DNA of 64,000 bases from a bacterium (GTDB taxonomy: Bacteria; Electryoneota; Electryoneia; Electryoneales; Electryoneaceae), in NCBI GenBank assembly GCA_963669175.1, contig OY769902.1, positions 480,001 through 544,000 on the forward strand, in the 5' to 3' direction. This document shows, piece by piece, positions 38,275 to 48,108 of the stretch. The position numbers and the translations under genes are program-made. The notes below the pieces were generated by a model, which searched no databases, was not told where the DNA came from, and was given only the letters and a program-made list of their open reading frames with translations. The stretch's first letter is position 1, and each line of letters begins with the position of its first letter.

Positions 38275-39216
38275 ATGGAACGTATTCTCGTTACAGGCGG
38301 CGCCGGTTATAAGGGGTCCGTACTGGTGCCCATGCTGCTGGAACGCGGCTACCATGTCACCATTTACGACAACTTCATGTTCAGCCCGCAGCCGATCTTG
38401 CATTTCATCAAGCACCCCAATCTCGAGGTTGTGGAAGGTGATGTACGTAACGCAACCAAGCTGGCCGAAACGGTGCGTCGTGCTGATACGGTCATTCACC
38501 TGGCCGGTATTGTCGGCTTCCCGGCCTGTGCGGCCGATCCGGATCGCGCCAACACGGTCAATGTAAACGGCTCGCTGAACCTCGCGATGGCGATGAGTAA
38601 GCTGCAAAGGCTGATGTTCGCCTCAACCGGGTCTACGTATGGCGTGGTGGACGGTATCTGCACCGAAGATTCGCCGACCAATCCGTTGAGCCTATACGGA
38701 CGCAACAAGCTGGATGCCGAACGCATCTTCAAGGACCGCCTTGAGAATGTACTGATCTTCCGTTTTGCGACTGTATTCGGTATCGCCCCTCGTTTGCGTG
38801 TGGACTTGCTGGTGAACGACTTCGTCCACCAGGCCATCCACAACAAGCAGATCGTGATGTATGAAGGGCACCACCGTCGCACCTTCATCCATATCAACGA
38901 CTGTGCGAATGTCTACCCCTTCGCGCTGGATCACTGGGCCGAGATGACCACCAACGGCGGCATTTTCAATGTCGGCGATGAACGTGGCAACTACACCAAG
39001 CATGATATCGCGCTGATGATCCGTGAACGTATCCCCTTCTATCTGCACGAGGCAGACGTGGGTTCAGATGCGGACGCACGCGATTATACAGTCAGCTACG
39101 AACGTATCCGTGGTCTGGGCTACGAACGCACCATCACGGTTGAAGACGGTATCGAAGAGCTGGCAAAAGTGATGCCGCATGTCCGGTTCAACAACCCGTG
39201 GCGTAATCACGGATAA
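38275..39216 (+). CDS. NAD-dependent epimerase/dehydratase (extended SDR)
   Basis: LVTGGAGYKGS, HLAGIVG.P.C, STGSTYG, YGRNK, R.ATVFG..PR.R.DL.VN. Confidence 0.9.
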   Translation: MERILVTGGAGYKGSVLVPMLLERGYHVTIYDNFMFSPQPILHFIKHPNLEVVEGDVRNATKLAETVRRADTVIHLAGIVGFPACAADPDRANTVNVNGSLNLAMAMSKLQRLMFASTGSTYGVVDGICTEDSPTNPLSLYGRNKLDAERIFKDRLENVLIFRFATVFGIAPRLRVDLLVNDFVHQAIHNKQIVMYEGHHRRTFIHINDCANVYPFALDHWAEMTTNGGIFNVGDERGNYTKHDIALMIRERIPFYLHEADVGSDADARDYTVSYERIRGLGYERTITVEDGIEELAKVMPHVRFNNPWRNHG

Positions 39217-39225
39217 GGCTTGATC

Positions 39226-42200
39226 ATGAACGAATCTGCCGTACAGATTGGCACCGACCGTCCCATCTTTGTCGGTGGGACCGGACGTTGCGGAACGTCT
39301 TTGCTGGTGCAATCCCTGGGAAAACATCCCGACCTGTTGATGTTCGAGGAGAGCCGCTATTTCGACAAGGAAGGCGCGATTATTCGAGCGCTGATGGGTC
39401 ATCCGATGGATGATGTCCTGCTGCGTGATCTTTTCGGCCATCGTCGCAAAATGCTGATCCGTTCCCTGGTTCGGCTGCCTGTGGATGGTGTGCTCGATGA
39501 GGTGGATTCGTTCTTTACCGAAGAAATCCTGGAACGTGAAGTTCAGGATGCGTTTGCCGGGACCGGCAACGCGGTGGAAGCGTTGCGTGTTCTGACTGAC
39601 AGGCTGTTCATGCGGCCCACGCGAGCCGTCGGAGCCAGCCGTTGGGTGGAGAAAACACCGCATACAGTCGAGCAGGTTCATCACCTGCACTCCCTGTTCC
39701 CGGATTTGCTGTACCTGCACACGATTCGTAATCCTCTGGACGTAGCTTCGTCCGTGTTCAAACGTCCCTGGGGACCAAAAAACGCGGAAGAGTTCGTCAC
39801 CTATTACAACGGCATCATGCACCGTGCCGAACAGGCGCATACCCTTCTGACACAAGCGGCGGGCAATGACGACCACTATTGTGTGGTGGAATTTGAAGAA
39901 TACTGTTCCCGTCCGGAAGAGACGCTTGCCGGAATGATCCGTTTCCTCCAGTTGCGTGTGGATGACGCCATCATGGAAACAATGGCCGGAACGGTGAACA
40001 AGGACCATATCCATTCCGGTTCGTGGAAGAAAGACCTTTCCGAAGCGGATGCCGAACTGATCCGTGCGCAATGTTTCCCGGTTCACCAGAAATGGCAGGA
40101 AAGAGCGCGCAGTGATGCGGCTCGTTGGGCAAGATCAAATGGCAACCATCAATCTGTTGATACATCACCATCTGTACCCGGAGTACCCATGCAAGATGAC
40201 CAGCCACAGGGCAAATACATCGCAGTGCTGACACCGCACCGTTTCGATCCCAGCTCGGCAATTCAAACCTTGTCGAAAGCAGGTGAAGCAGTGTTGTCAG
40301 TGCATGATATCAAGGCCGACAAGTTACGGATGGATCGTTACAGCCTGACCACGGTTGAGCTGGAACAGGGAATCGGTCAGCATCATCTCCCCTATCTTGA
40401 ATTCCTGGATGCGGAGCTGAACCGTCACCAGGCAGTTGTGGACTGGGACGGTTGGGCCCCCGACCTGATCCCCGGCCTGCATCGAGCCTTCCCGGTCGAT
40501 AGCTGTGTTTACCTGGTCAACAACGGCATCAACGAAGTGAATACTGTTTCGGAGATGTTATCTGCTGGAAACGATACCGCCCACACAATGGATTTGCTGT
40601 ATCGTGCCCGCTGGCGGTTGGCTGGGAATGATCCCGCACAATGGCGCAACCTTGGCAACTTCGAAAAAGCCTGTTTCGCCTGGGGCTGGTACGCCGGGAA
40701 GAAGCTGGAACTGACTGCGGCGCTTGGCGCGGATCGTGTCCATGCGATGACTCTGGAATCGTTGAATAACCAGGAAGAAGCCGCACGTTTCCTGTCCACG
40801 CTGACACCGGACACCCAGCTTCCTATCGACGGCTTCAAGGGATATGAGCCCGATGATGCAGTTGCAGCCTGGGCTTCATGGACCGATGACCAGAAAAACC
40901 TGTTCCGCCAGTGGTGTGGTCCGACCATGGAAACCTGGGGTTATGCCATCCCGAACGGGCAACATCCGGCACAGCAAGAGAGGGTTGAAGAAACAAAGAT
41001 CTCTGTGCAGCCGGAACCGGAACCTTTACCGGCACGCAAGGAAGTTATTCAGATCCTCGACGCCCTGAACCAACAGGTTCATGCCGGGCACTGGCAACCT
41101 GCCATGCAAATCACAAAGCAGCTCAGGCAAGTCGAATTGCTGGCCGGAGAATGGGAAGCGCTACGAAGCATCGCCGCGTCCCTGTTCCGTTTGCGTCCGG
41201 TCGGTCCGTACCCGTATTGGCGTTTCTGCCTGCCGGAAGTCCTGCCCGAACCGGCACAGATTACCATGCTGCGCAAAGAACTCTGGCAACTATTCCGTAA
41301 ACACCCGGAAGAAGCAAAATTCGTGGTAAACTGGTGGCATGACCTGAAGCTTAACCTCCAGTTGGCCGCTGATTCCGGACGTTGTTTCTACACCAGCGAG
41401 ACCCTTGAACCCAACGAGTTCGCTTTCCTGGACCGCGTGCTGCAACCGGGCATGATCCTGCTCGACATCGGCGGCAATGAAGGCTTGTTCAGCATGTTCG
41501 CCGCCCGCAAGGTTGGAACATCAGGCGCAGTCCATGCCTTCGAACCGAGCAGTCGTGAACAGCAGGCGTTCAAGGCCAACATGACGCTGAACAATCTGTC
41601 CCAGGTTCACTTGCATGAAGTCGCCCTCGGCGACACACCCGGAACCATCGAGCTGAACATCGCCGGGTTTGAACACATGGGCCATAATACGGTCGGCTCC
41701 AAGTTCTATTACGATAGTGTGAAAGCGGACCATGTGGAAGAAGTGCAGGTCATGCGCCTGGATGATGTGGTTCGTGAACAGGGTATCAAGCGCGTCGATA
41801 TGATAAAGATCGACGTTGAAGGCGCCGAGGTTATGGCCCTTCGTGGGGGACGTGAAACCATCGAGCGCTTCCACCCCCTGATCCTGAGCGAATACCAGAA
41901 CGGCTCCCTGCAACTGGCAGGCAGCAGTATACAGGAATATGTACAGCTCCTGGAAGAACTGGGATACGAACTCTACGAATTCGACGAAGAGACCGGACTG
42001 CCGGAGCGTTGCCCCAAAGCCCCGGAAAGAGACACCAACATTATCGCTGTCCCGCAAGGGAAATCACTGGAAGATTATTACCGTCGCCAGTCTGCACCAG
42101 AAGCACAGCCTGTACTGGTTCCCGTGGTGACAGAAGCCGACCCGGAAAAGGAAGCTGCAGAAGCGGTTTGGAACTTGCCCTATCAGCCACGCAAATACCT

Positions 42201-43836
42201 GCCGCTTACGGATTCATACAAGCCGTTGCTGGAACAGTTGCTCCGTATCTGGAAGATTGACGGTTCCCTGCCGAGAAAAGCGGATGGAAAACGTGTGCTG
42301 GTCGCCAGTCTTCATGGCAGCGGGGGACGTATCCCTGCGATGACGCAGGACATGATCATGGCGGCAGCGCTGGCAAAGCGTGGTGCGAATGTCAAGTTCC
42401 TGGTCTGTGACGGCCTGATGACCGGGTGTGTGCTGCGAACCCTGAAAGAGGATGGCGAACCGGGCGGTTGGATGAACCGTTGCATGTCCTGCTACGGTCA
42501 GTCCAAATCTCTGGTGGAATCTATGGGATTCTCCGCGATTGCGCTTGGCGATTATGTGTCAATCCCGAAACGGCAGGAACTGCGCCGCATGGCCGATACC
42601 CTTCCCCTCGACCATGTTACCGACATCACCTACATGGACATGCCGGTCGGTGAGATGGCCTATTCCAGCACTGAACGCTTCACCATGGGCAAGCTGAACA
42701 ATACCAATCCAGAATACGAACAGTATCTGCGGGAATACCTGTACACATCGCTGGTGATGACAGAAGCCTACAACGCAGTCGTGACCATCCTGAAACCGGA
42801 CCATATTTTAGCGGATCACCCGTGTTATGCGGACTGGGAATCACTATTGCTGATGGCTGGACGGGAAAATATTCCTATCACCATCTGGCATGCTTACTAC
42901 ATCAAGCAAAGTTACCTGTTCCGTACCTGCGCTCCGGGCGAACGTGGTATCATGTGGTACTACCCGCGTGATGAAGAATGGGCCAACATCAAGGATCGCA
43001 CTCTATCCCCGCTTCAACAGAAACGGCTGGATCAATACTACCACAATTTCATCCATCGTAAAAATGTCCGCATGTTGAGCCATGATCCCAAGCTACCGGA
43101 CCAGGAAGCATTACGCCGTAAATACAACCTCCCGCCTGATCGTCCGGTTTGGGGCATTTTCCCTCACTTGAACTGGGATGCAGCGGTGCTGGGCGGTGAG
43201 AAAATGGCTCACACTACTGCAACTGAATGGCTGGTGGAAACCCTGCGGATCATTCAGGAAGTCAAGGATGTGACCTGGGTGATCAAGATTCACCCGGTGG
43301 AATTCCGCACCAAGACCGAATACGGTAACATGCACCTGATCAGGCAGCACATGCCGGAAATTCCCGATCATGTCCGCATCATCCCCGGCGAGGATTCGGT
43401 GAATACCTTTGGCCTGCTGGGTGTGCTGGATGGTGTGATTACTATTCTCGGCACCATCGGGCTGGATGCGACTTCGTACGGCCACATCCCGGCGATTGTC
43501 TCAGCGGAAGTGCATTATGGATGCCGTGGCTTCACCAACGATTGCCTGACACGTGAACAGTACGAGAACGCTCTTCGGGACGTGGTAAACATCAAACTGT
43601 CTCCGGAACAGTACACCATCGCACGGAATTACGCGTACAATTTCCTGGTGGAACGGTTGATTCCGTTGAATTATTTCACGCCTGATGCTCGCGTGAGCCT
43701 GTTGAACCTGAAGTCGCTCGACGATCTTGATCCCGGGAAAGATCCGTACCTGGATTTCGTCTGCGACCGTATGCTGAACGGCGGCGGGTTCTCCATGCCG
43801 GAGGATATGATCAAGAAGTCGCCGTTTATGAGGTGA
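39226..43836 (+). CDS. Four-domain fusion: sulfotransferase + degenerate sulfotransferase + FkbM methyltransferase + KpsS/capsule-synthesis-like GT-B domain
   Basis: GGTGRCGTS, EKTPH, IRNPLDVASS; LDIGGNEG, FEPS, IKIDVEGAE; C-terminal WDA, IKIHP.E, GTIGLD. Confidence 0.8.
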   Translation: MNESAVQIGTDRPIFVGGTGRCGTSLLVQSLGKHPDLLMFEESRYFDKEGAIIRALMGHPMDDVLLRDLFGHRRKMLIRSLVRLPVDGVLDEVDSFFTEEILEREVQDAFAGTGNAVEALRVLTDRLFMRPTRAVGASRWVEKTPHTVEQVHHLHSLFPDLLYLHTIRNPLDVASSVFKRPWGPKNAEEFVTYYNGIMHRAEQAHTLLTQAAGNDDHYCVVEFEEYCSRPEETLAGMIRFLQLRVDDAIMETMAGTVNKDHIHSGSWKKDLSEADAELIRAQCFPVHQKWQERARSDAARWARSNGNHQSVDTSPSVPGVPMQDDQPQGKYIAVLTPHRFDPSSAIQTLSKAGEAVLSVHDIKADKLRMDRYSLTTVELEQGIGQHHLPYLEFLDAELNRHQAVVDWDGWAPDLIPGLHRAFPVDSCVYLVNNGINEVNTVSEMLSAGNDTAHTMDLLYRARWRLAGNDPAQWRNLGNFEKACFAWGWYAGKKLELTAALGADRVHAMTLESLNNQEEAARFLSTLTPDTQLPIDGFKGYEPDDAVAAWASWTDDQKNLFRQWCGPTMETWGYAIPNGQHPAQQERVEETKISVQPEPEPLPARKEVIQILDALNQQVHAGHWQPAMQITKQLRQVELLAGEWEALRSIAASLFRLRPVGPYPYWRFCLPEVLPEPAQITMLRKELWQLFRKHPEEAKFVVNWWHDLKLNLQLAADSGRCFYTSETLEPNEFAFLDRVLQPGMILLDIGGNEGLFSMFAARKVGTSGAVHAFEPSSREQQAFKANMTLNNLSQVHLHEVALGDTPGTIELNIAGFEHMGHNTVGSKFYYDSVKADHVEEVQVMRLDDVVREQGIKRVDMIKIDVEGAEVMALRGGRETIERFHPLILSEYQNGSLQLAGSSIQEYVQLLEELGYELYEFDEETGLPERCPKAPERDTNIIAVPQGKSLEDYYRRQSAPEAQPVLVPVVTEADPEKEAAEAVWNLPYQPRKYLPLTDSYKPLLEQLLRIWKIDGSLPRKADGKRVLVASLHGSGGRIPAMTQDMIMAAALAKRGANVKFLVCDGLMTGCVLRTLKEDGEPGGWMNRCMSCYGQSKSLVESMGFSAIALGDYVSIPKRQELRRMADTLPLDHVTDITYMDMPVGEMAYSSTERFTMGKLNNTNPEYEQYLREYLYTSLVMTEAYNAVVTILKPDHILADHPCYADWESLLLMAGRENIPITIWHAYYIKQSYLFRTCAPGERGIMWYYPRDEEWANIKDRTLSPLQQKRLDQYYHNFIHRKNVRMLSHDPKLPDQEALRRKYNLPPDRPVWGIFPHLNWDAAVLGGEKMAHTTATEWLVETLRIIQEVKDVTWVIKIHPVEFRTKTEYGNMHLIRQHMPEIPDHVRIIPGEDSVNTFGLLGVLDGVITILGTIGLDATSYGHIPAIVSAEVHYGCRGFTNDCLTREQYENALRDVVNIKLSPEQYTIARNYAYNFLVERLIPLNYFTPDARVSLLNLKSLDDLDPGKDPYLDFVCDRMLNGGGFSMPEDMIKKSPFMR

Positions 43837-44009
43837 ATGCTTGTTACCCAGATTGCGATTCTGGATATCATCCAGCAAAGCTGATACATGACAGCGAGCA
43901 GTATGCTTCCCGACAGCAAGCAGTACGCCTCGGAGCACAAGTCGGGCCACATGTCTTTGTGTGTGTTTGTGTGTGTGTATCAGTATTCCAAGTTTTACTT
44001 ACGACACTA

Positions 44010-44178
44010 TTGGCCCCGTCCGGCTTGTCCGGCGGGGTTTATTTTAATTTAAATTAAAGAGTTAGTCCTTTAGTAGTCATGCGATGATAATCATGAACTC
44101 TCACACTATTTGATCAAAACCAAAGGTTGAACTCCTTCATTTAGAATAGACCACCGCCGGACAAGCCGGCGGGGCCAA
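44010..44178. repeat. GGCCCCG-family REPIN-like pair
   Basis: TTGGCCCCGTCCGGCTTGTCCGGCGG...CCGCCGGACAAGCCGGCGGGGCCAA. Confidence 0.85.
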
Positions 44179-44308
44179 AAGGAAAATCTGTTCCTCACGG
44201 AAAATATTACCCCTGTCTTTCAACACAATCGTTGTTGTCACAACAACGTAAGCAATGTAATATCATATTGTTACAACACTTCTCGCTCATCCATATCCCC
44301 CACAAATA

Positions 44309-44326
44309 CTGGCCCCGGGTTTGCTT
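44309..44326 (+). promoter_or_regulatory. sigma54 promoter upstream of pseB
   Basis: CTGGCCC-CGGGT-TTGCT; AT-rich upstream region. Confidence 0.55.
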
Positions 44327-44480
44327 TCATGAAGGTTGGAAGAACTGTACATCTGCGTAAAAGCTCAAGTGGTACATGAGTATTTCCTGATATTTCACCT
44401 CATGTACGAGTTTCAAGCTACCTCGTGTACAGGTTGATTACAGAAGACTTGCAGGCTGCACGGCAGCCGGGAAGACACTC

Positions 44481-45503
44481 ATGGAAAACCACGGCTCAAA
44501 CGGTCACTCTTATAGCCTGAACGGTAAAACCGTCCTGGTTACCGGGGGAAGCGGAACCTTCGGCAAAGAGTTCATTCGTATTATGCTCAAGGACTACGAT
44601 CCGGCGAAAATCATTGTGTTCAGCCGTGATGAATTCAAGCAGCATGAGATGCGAAAAGGCGGCTTTGACCACCCGAAACTTCGCTATTTCATCGGCGACG
44701 TACGTGACCATGAACGTCTCCTCCGTGCTTTCGAAGGTGTTGACGTTGTCATCCATGCCGCTGCGCTGAAACAGGTGCCGGCCTGTGAGTATAACCCGTT
44801 TGAAGCTGTCAAGACGAATGTAATCGGCTCGCAGAATGTCATCGGCGCAGCCATTGATGCCGGGGTGAAACGTGTCCTGGCGATCAGCACCGACAAGGCA
44901 GTCGACCCGATCAACCTGTATGGCGCCACGAAGCTCACCGCAGAGCGTCTTTTCCTGCAAGGTAACGCCTATTCCCATGCAGGCGGCGCGATTTTCTCCT
45001 GTGTTCGCTATGGCAATGTACACGGCAGCCGAGGCAGTGTCGTCCCGCTCTTCCAGGAACAGGCCAAGACCGGAACCCTGACTGTAACCGATGAACGTAT
45101 GACACGTTTCTGGTTGCCCATCGAACAGGGAGTGCGCTTCGTAATCCATTCCATCGAACGCATGCGTGGCGGCGAAATTTTCGTACCGAAACTGCCCAGC
45201 CTGAACCTGATGGACATCGCCAGAGCCATCGCGCCGGAAGCACAGATCAAAATCATCGGCTCACGTCCGGGCGAAAAGCTGCATGAGACCCTGGTCAGTG
45301 AGCATGAAGCCCCGAAAACACTTGAATACGACGACTACTACATCATTCACGGCGCCATTTTCATCCTGAATGAAGAACGCAAGAACGGCGGGAAGCACGT
45401 GGACATTGAGTTCTCTTACAAGAGCAACAACAATACCGAGTGGCTGTCGATACCGGATCTGCAGGAACTGATTTTCGGGGATGAAAAAGTCGAGGTCGCC
45501 TGA
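44481..45503 (+). CDS. pseB: UDP-GlcNAc 4,6-dehydratase (inverting)
   Basis: TGGSGTFG, SRDEFKQ, FIGDVRD, HAAALKQVP.CEYNP.E.VKTN, STDKA..PINLYGATK, RYGNV.GSRGSV, MTRFW. Confidence 0.92.
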   Translation: MENHGSNGHSYSLNGKTVLVTGGSGTFGKEFIRIMLKDYDPAKIIVFSRDEFKQHEMRKGGFDHPKLRYFIGDVRDHERLLRAFEGVDVVIHAAALKQVPACEYNPFEAVKTNVIGSQNVIGAAIDAGVKRVLAISTDKAVDPINLYGATKLTAERLFLQGNAYSHAGGAIFSCVRYGNVHGSRGSVVPLFQEQAKTGTLTVTDERMTRFWLPIEQGVRFVIHSIERMRGGEIFVPKLPSLNLMDIARAIAPEAQIKIIGSRPGEKLHETLVSEHEAPKTLEYDDYYIIHGAIFILNEERKNGGKHVDIEFSYKSNNNTEWLSIPDLQELIFGDEKVEVA

Positions 45504-46705
45504 TGGGCACAGATGACACTTCTGCGGACAAGTTAGCGCTGGAAGGTGGTACACCTGTTCGCGATACTTTGCTCCCTTATGGCCGACAGACGATTGATCA
45601 AGATGATATTCAGGCCGTGCTCACGGTTCTGCAATCCCCTTTTCTGACAACCGGCCCCGAAGTAAGCGCGTTTGAACAGGATGTCCTCTCCTATACCGGA
45701 AGTACATATGCAGTGGCCGTTGCCAACGGTACCGCTGCGCTTCATGCCGCCTGTCATGCGCTGGATCTGAAACCGGGCGATGAGGTGATTGTCCCGGCAA
45801 TGACCTTTGTTGCCACCGCAAACGCCGCAGTATTTCAAGGAGCGATCCCGGTGATTGTCGATGTTCTGGACGATTCCCTGCTGATCGATCCGGAAGCGGT
45901 TCAGAAAGCAATCACAGAAAAAACCGCTGCGGTAATCGCAGTGGACTATGCCGGACAACCGGCTGATTACCCCGCACTTCGTGATGTGTTGAACGGAACC
46001 GGAATCGTCCTGGTCGCGGACGGGTGTCATTCGATTGGCGCGCAACGTGACGGGATCAATGTTGGTAAACTCGCGGACCTTACCTGCCTGAGCTTTCACC
46101 CGGTAAAAACCATTACCACCGGTGAAGGCGGGATGATAATGACCGATAACGAAGAGTACTCCGAACGGATGCGACGCTTCCGGAACCACGGCATCAATCG
46201 TGACAGCCAGACCCGTTCCGACGCCGGAGACTGGTTCTACGAGATGGTGGACCTGGGGTATAACTACCGTATCACCGATCTGCAATGCGCATTAGGACGT
46301 TCCCAACTGAAACATCTGGATGAGTGGCTGAAACGCAGGCGAGCGATTGCTTCACGTTATGACGAAGCCTTTGCGAAGCTGGAAGGGATTGAATCGATCA
46401 GGATTGATCCCGGGACGATTTCCGCGCGCCATATTTACCCGATCCGTGTCAAGCCGGATGTTCTGCACCAGGGACGTGGTGAGGTGTTCAGGGCATTACG
46501 TGCGGAAAACATCGGGGTGAATGTTCATTATCTGCCCGTGCATCTGCACCGGTTCTATCGTGAACACTTCTCCACCTGGATCGGTATGTGCCCGGTCGCG
46601 GAACAAGCGTATGAAGAACTGATCACACTTCCCCTCTTCCCTGCGATGAGCGATGCAGATGTGGAAAGCGTCATCACCGCTATTCACAAGGTTGTCTCAC
46701 ACTGA
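45503..46705 (+). CDS. pseC: UDP-4-keto-6-deoxy-AltNAc aminotransferase (DegT family)
   Basis: LPYGRQ.I...DI, LTTGP, NGTAALH, SFHPVKTITTGEGG, LGYNYR.TD.QCALG. Confidence 0.9.
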   Translation: MGTDDTSADKLALEGGTPVRDTLLPYGRQTIDQDDIQAVLTVLQSPFLTTGPEVSAFEQDVLSYTGSTYAVAVANGTAALHAACHALDLKPGDEVIVPAMTFVATANAAVFQGAIPVIVDVLDDSLLIDPEAVQKAITEKTAAVIAVDYAGQPADYPALRDVLNGTGIVLVADGCHSIGAQRDGINVGKLADLTCLSFHPVKTITTGEGGMIMTDNEEYSERMRRFRNHGINRDSQTRSDAGDWFYEMVDLGYNYRITDLQCALGRSQLKHLDEWLKRRRAIASRYDEAFAKLEGIESIRIDPGTISARHIYPIRVKPDVLHQGRGEVFRALRAENIGVNVHYLPVHLHRFYREHFSTWIGMCPVAEQAYEELITLPLFPAMSDADVESVITAIHKVVSH

Positions 46706-46710
46706 TCCTG

Positions 46711-46864
46711 GATTCGCACAAGAATTCACAGGATGAACAGGATGGGTAAGGATACTCAGGATAACAGATTGATTTTAATGATAAAGTTTATTGACGATCT
46801 ATACGAATCCTAAACAATGAAAGCCTTTTTCTTTTCTTTGCGCCTTTGCGTCTTTGCGTGAAAC
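46711..46864 (+). repeat. Composite AGGAT/CTTTGCG intergenic element, copy 3 (ATCCT arm largely missing)
   Basis: TTCACAGGATGAACAGGATGGGTAAGGATACTCAGGATAA...TTTTCTTTGCGCCTTTGCGTCTTTGCGTGAAAC. Confidence 0.8.
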
Positions 46865-47118
46865 TGAAGTTCTTCCTTGTAATCCTCCTGTAGTGCTCAT
46901 ACTTTTCTTAAACCTTTACCTGAAGTTGTCACACGGTTTGCTCCTGATTTTCATGGATGAGGATGGGGACTGGCAGAAGGTTGTCAGAGAACGGAAAATG
47001 GGGATTGACTCCTGTTGTTGTTCTCCCAGGATTCATCTGGACAGACGCAGGTCCAAAAACTGGCAAAAACTGGGGTCTGTCCCTATTTTCCCTATTTTCC
47101 ACGTAGACAGGGAACAGT

Positions 47119-48108
47119 GTGAAGAAGGTTACGCTTCTTGCTGATGGCGGTCCCGGTGTGGGATATGGTCACCTGGCACGATCCACCCTGCTGGGACATG
47201 AACTGCTGAGACGGGACATCCAGGTCCGCCTGGTGACGGAACCAGGCGCTTCAACCTCCCCGCAACTTCGGTCGTGGCAGCGAGATACGACCTTCCTCGC
47301 CACCTCCCACGACACATTTTGGTATGAAATATTGGATGACCAACCGGACTGGTTGGTGATAGACAGCTATCGAATCAGAAAAGACCAAGTAGAATCTTCA
47401 TGCCAAGAAGAAGTGCGAACACTGGTGTTCTGGGATCATGAATCCCCACCTCCTGCTGCTGACCTTGTGGTGGATGCATCCCCGGCGCGACTAATCGCTG
47501 AACCTGCGAAAAAGCACTGCCTGTATGGCCCGAAGTTTGCCTTACTTCCAGTGGAAACAAGCAGTAGCGATAGGGTTGTAGCGAATACTGTAAATCAGGT
47601 ACTGGTTACCTTTGGCGGGACAGACCAATCTCACCTGTTGCCGGATGTGCTGGAATATGTCCGTAGGTCATTTCCGCTGGCACAGGTAGAAATTGCCGCC
47701 GCAGGATGGGTAAAACTGGCGGAAAAGGTTGTGGACAGCGACCATGAGACGATTGTGCTCCATGGTCCCCTGCCCAGTTTGGAGCCGTTAATCGCAACTT
47801 CGGATCTGGCTATTTGTGCTGCCGGGCAGACGTCCTTTCAACTGGCTCGCGCCGGGGTGCCGGGTATCCTGATTGCTCTTGCTGACAACCAGCGTCCGAA
47901 TCATGCTGGCTGGATAAAGTCTGGAGTGTTTCTGGATGGCGGAAACTGGACCGAAGGAATCACACGGGAGAAGTTAGAAACTGCCCTGAATCAGATACAG
48001 GAAAAAGGTGTGCGTGAAGACCTGAGCGCACGTGGAAAAGAACTGGTAGACGGTAAAGGCGCGGAACGTATTGTTGACGCCATGATGGAGGTAGAGCAGG
48101 ATGGGTGA
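47119..48108 (+). CDS. pseG: PseG/SpsG-family UDP-sugar hydrolase
   Basis: ADGG..VG.GHL.R, IDSY, GP..ALL, VTFGGTD, AAG.T, ADNQ, VDG.GA.R. Confidence 0.8.
   Translation: MKKVTLLADGGPGVGYGHLARSTLLGHELLRRDIQVRLVTEPGASTSPQLRSWQRDTTFLATSHDTFWYEILDDQPDWLVIDSYRIRKDQVESSCQEEVRTLVFWDHESPPPAADLVVDASPARLIAEPAKKHCLYGPKFALLPVETSSSDRVVANTVNQVLVTFGGTDQSHLLPDVLEYVRRSFPLAQVEIAAAGWVKLAEKVVDSDHETIVLHGPLPSLEPLIATSDLAICAAGQTSFQLARAGVPGILIALADNQRPNHAGWIKSGVFLDGGNWTEGITREKLETALNQIQEKGVREDLSARGKELVDGKGAERIVDAMMEVEQDG

Noticed and set aside
43833-43985. 74-aa ORF, short MLVTQIAILDIIQQS* frame and a GT-dinucleotide tract
   Set aside because: No recognisable homology; possibly a gene remnant but not supportable; the imperfect microsatellite is intergenic.
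46927-46941. sigma54-like TGTCAC-N5-TTGC upstream of pseG
   Set aside because: Lacks the invariant GG at -24.
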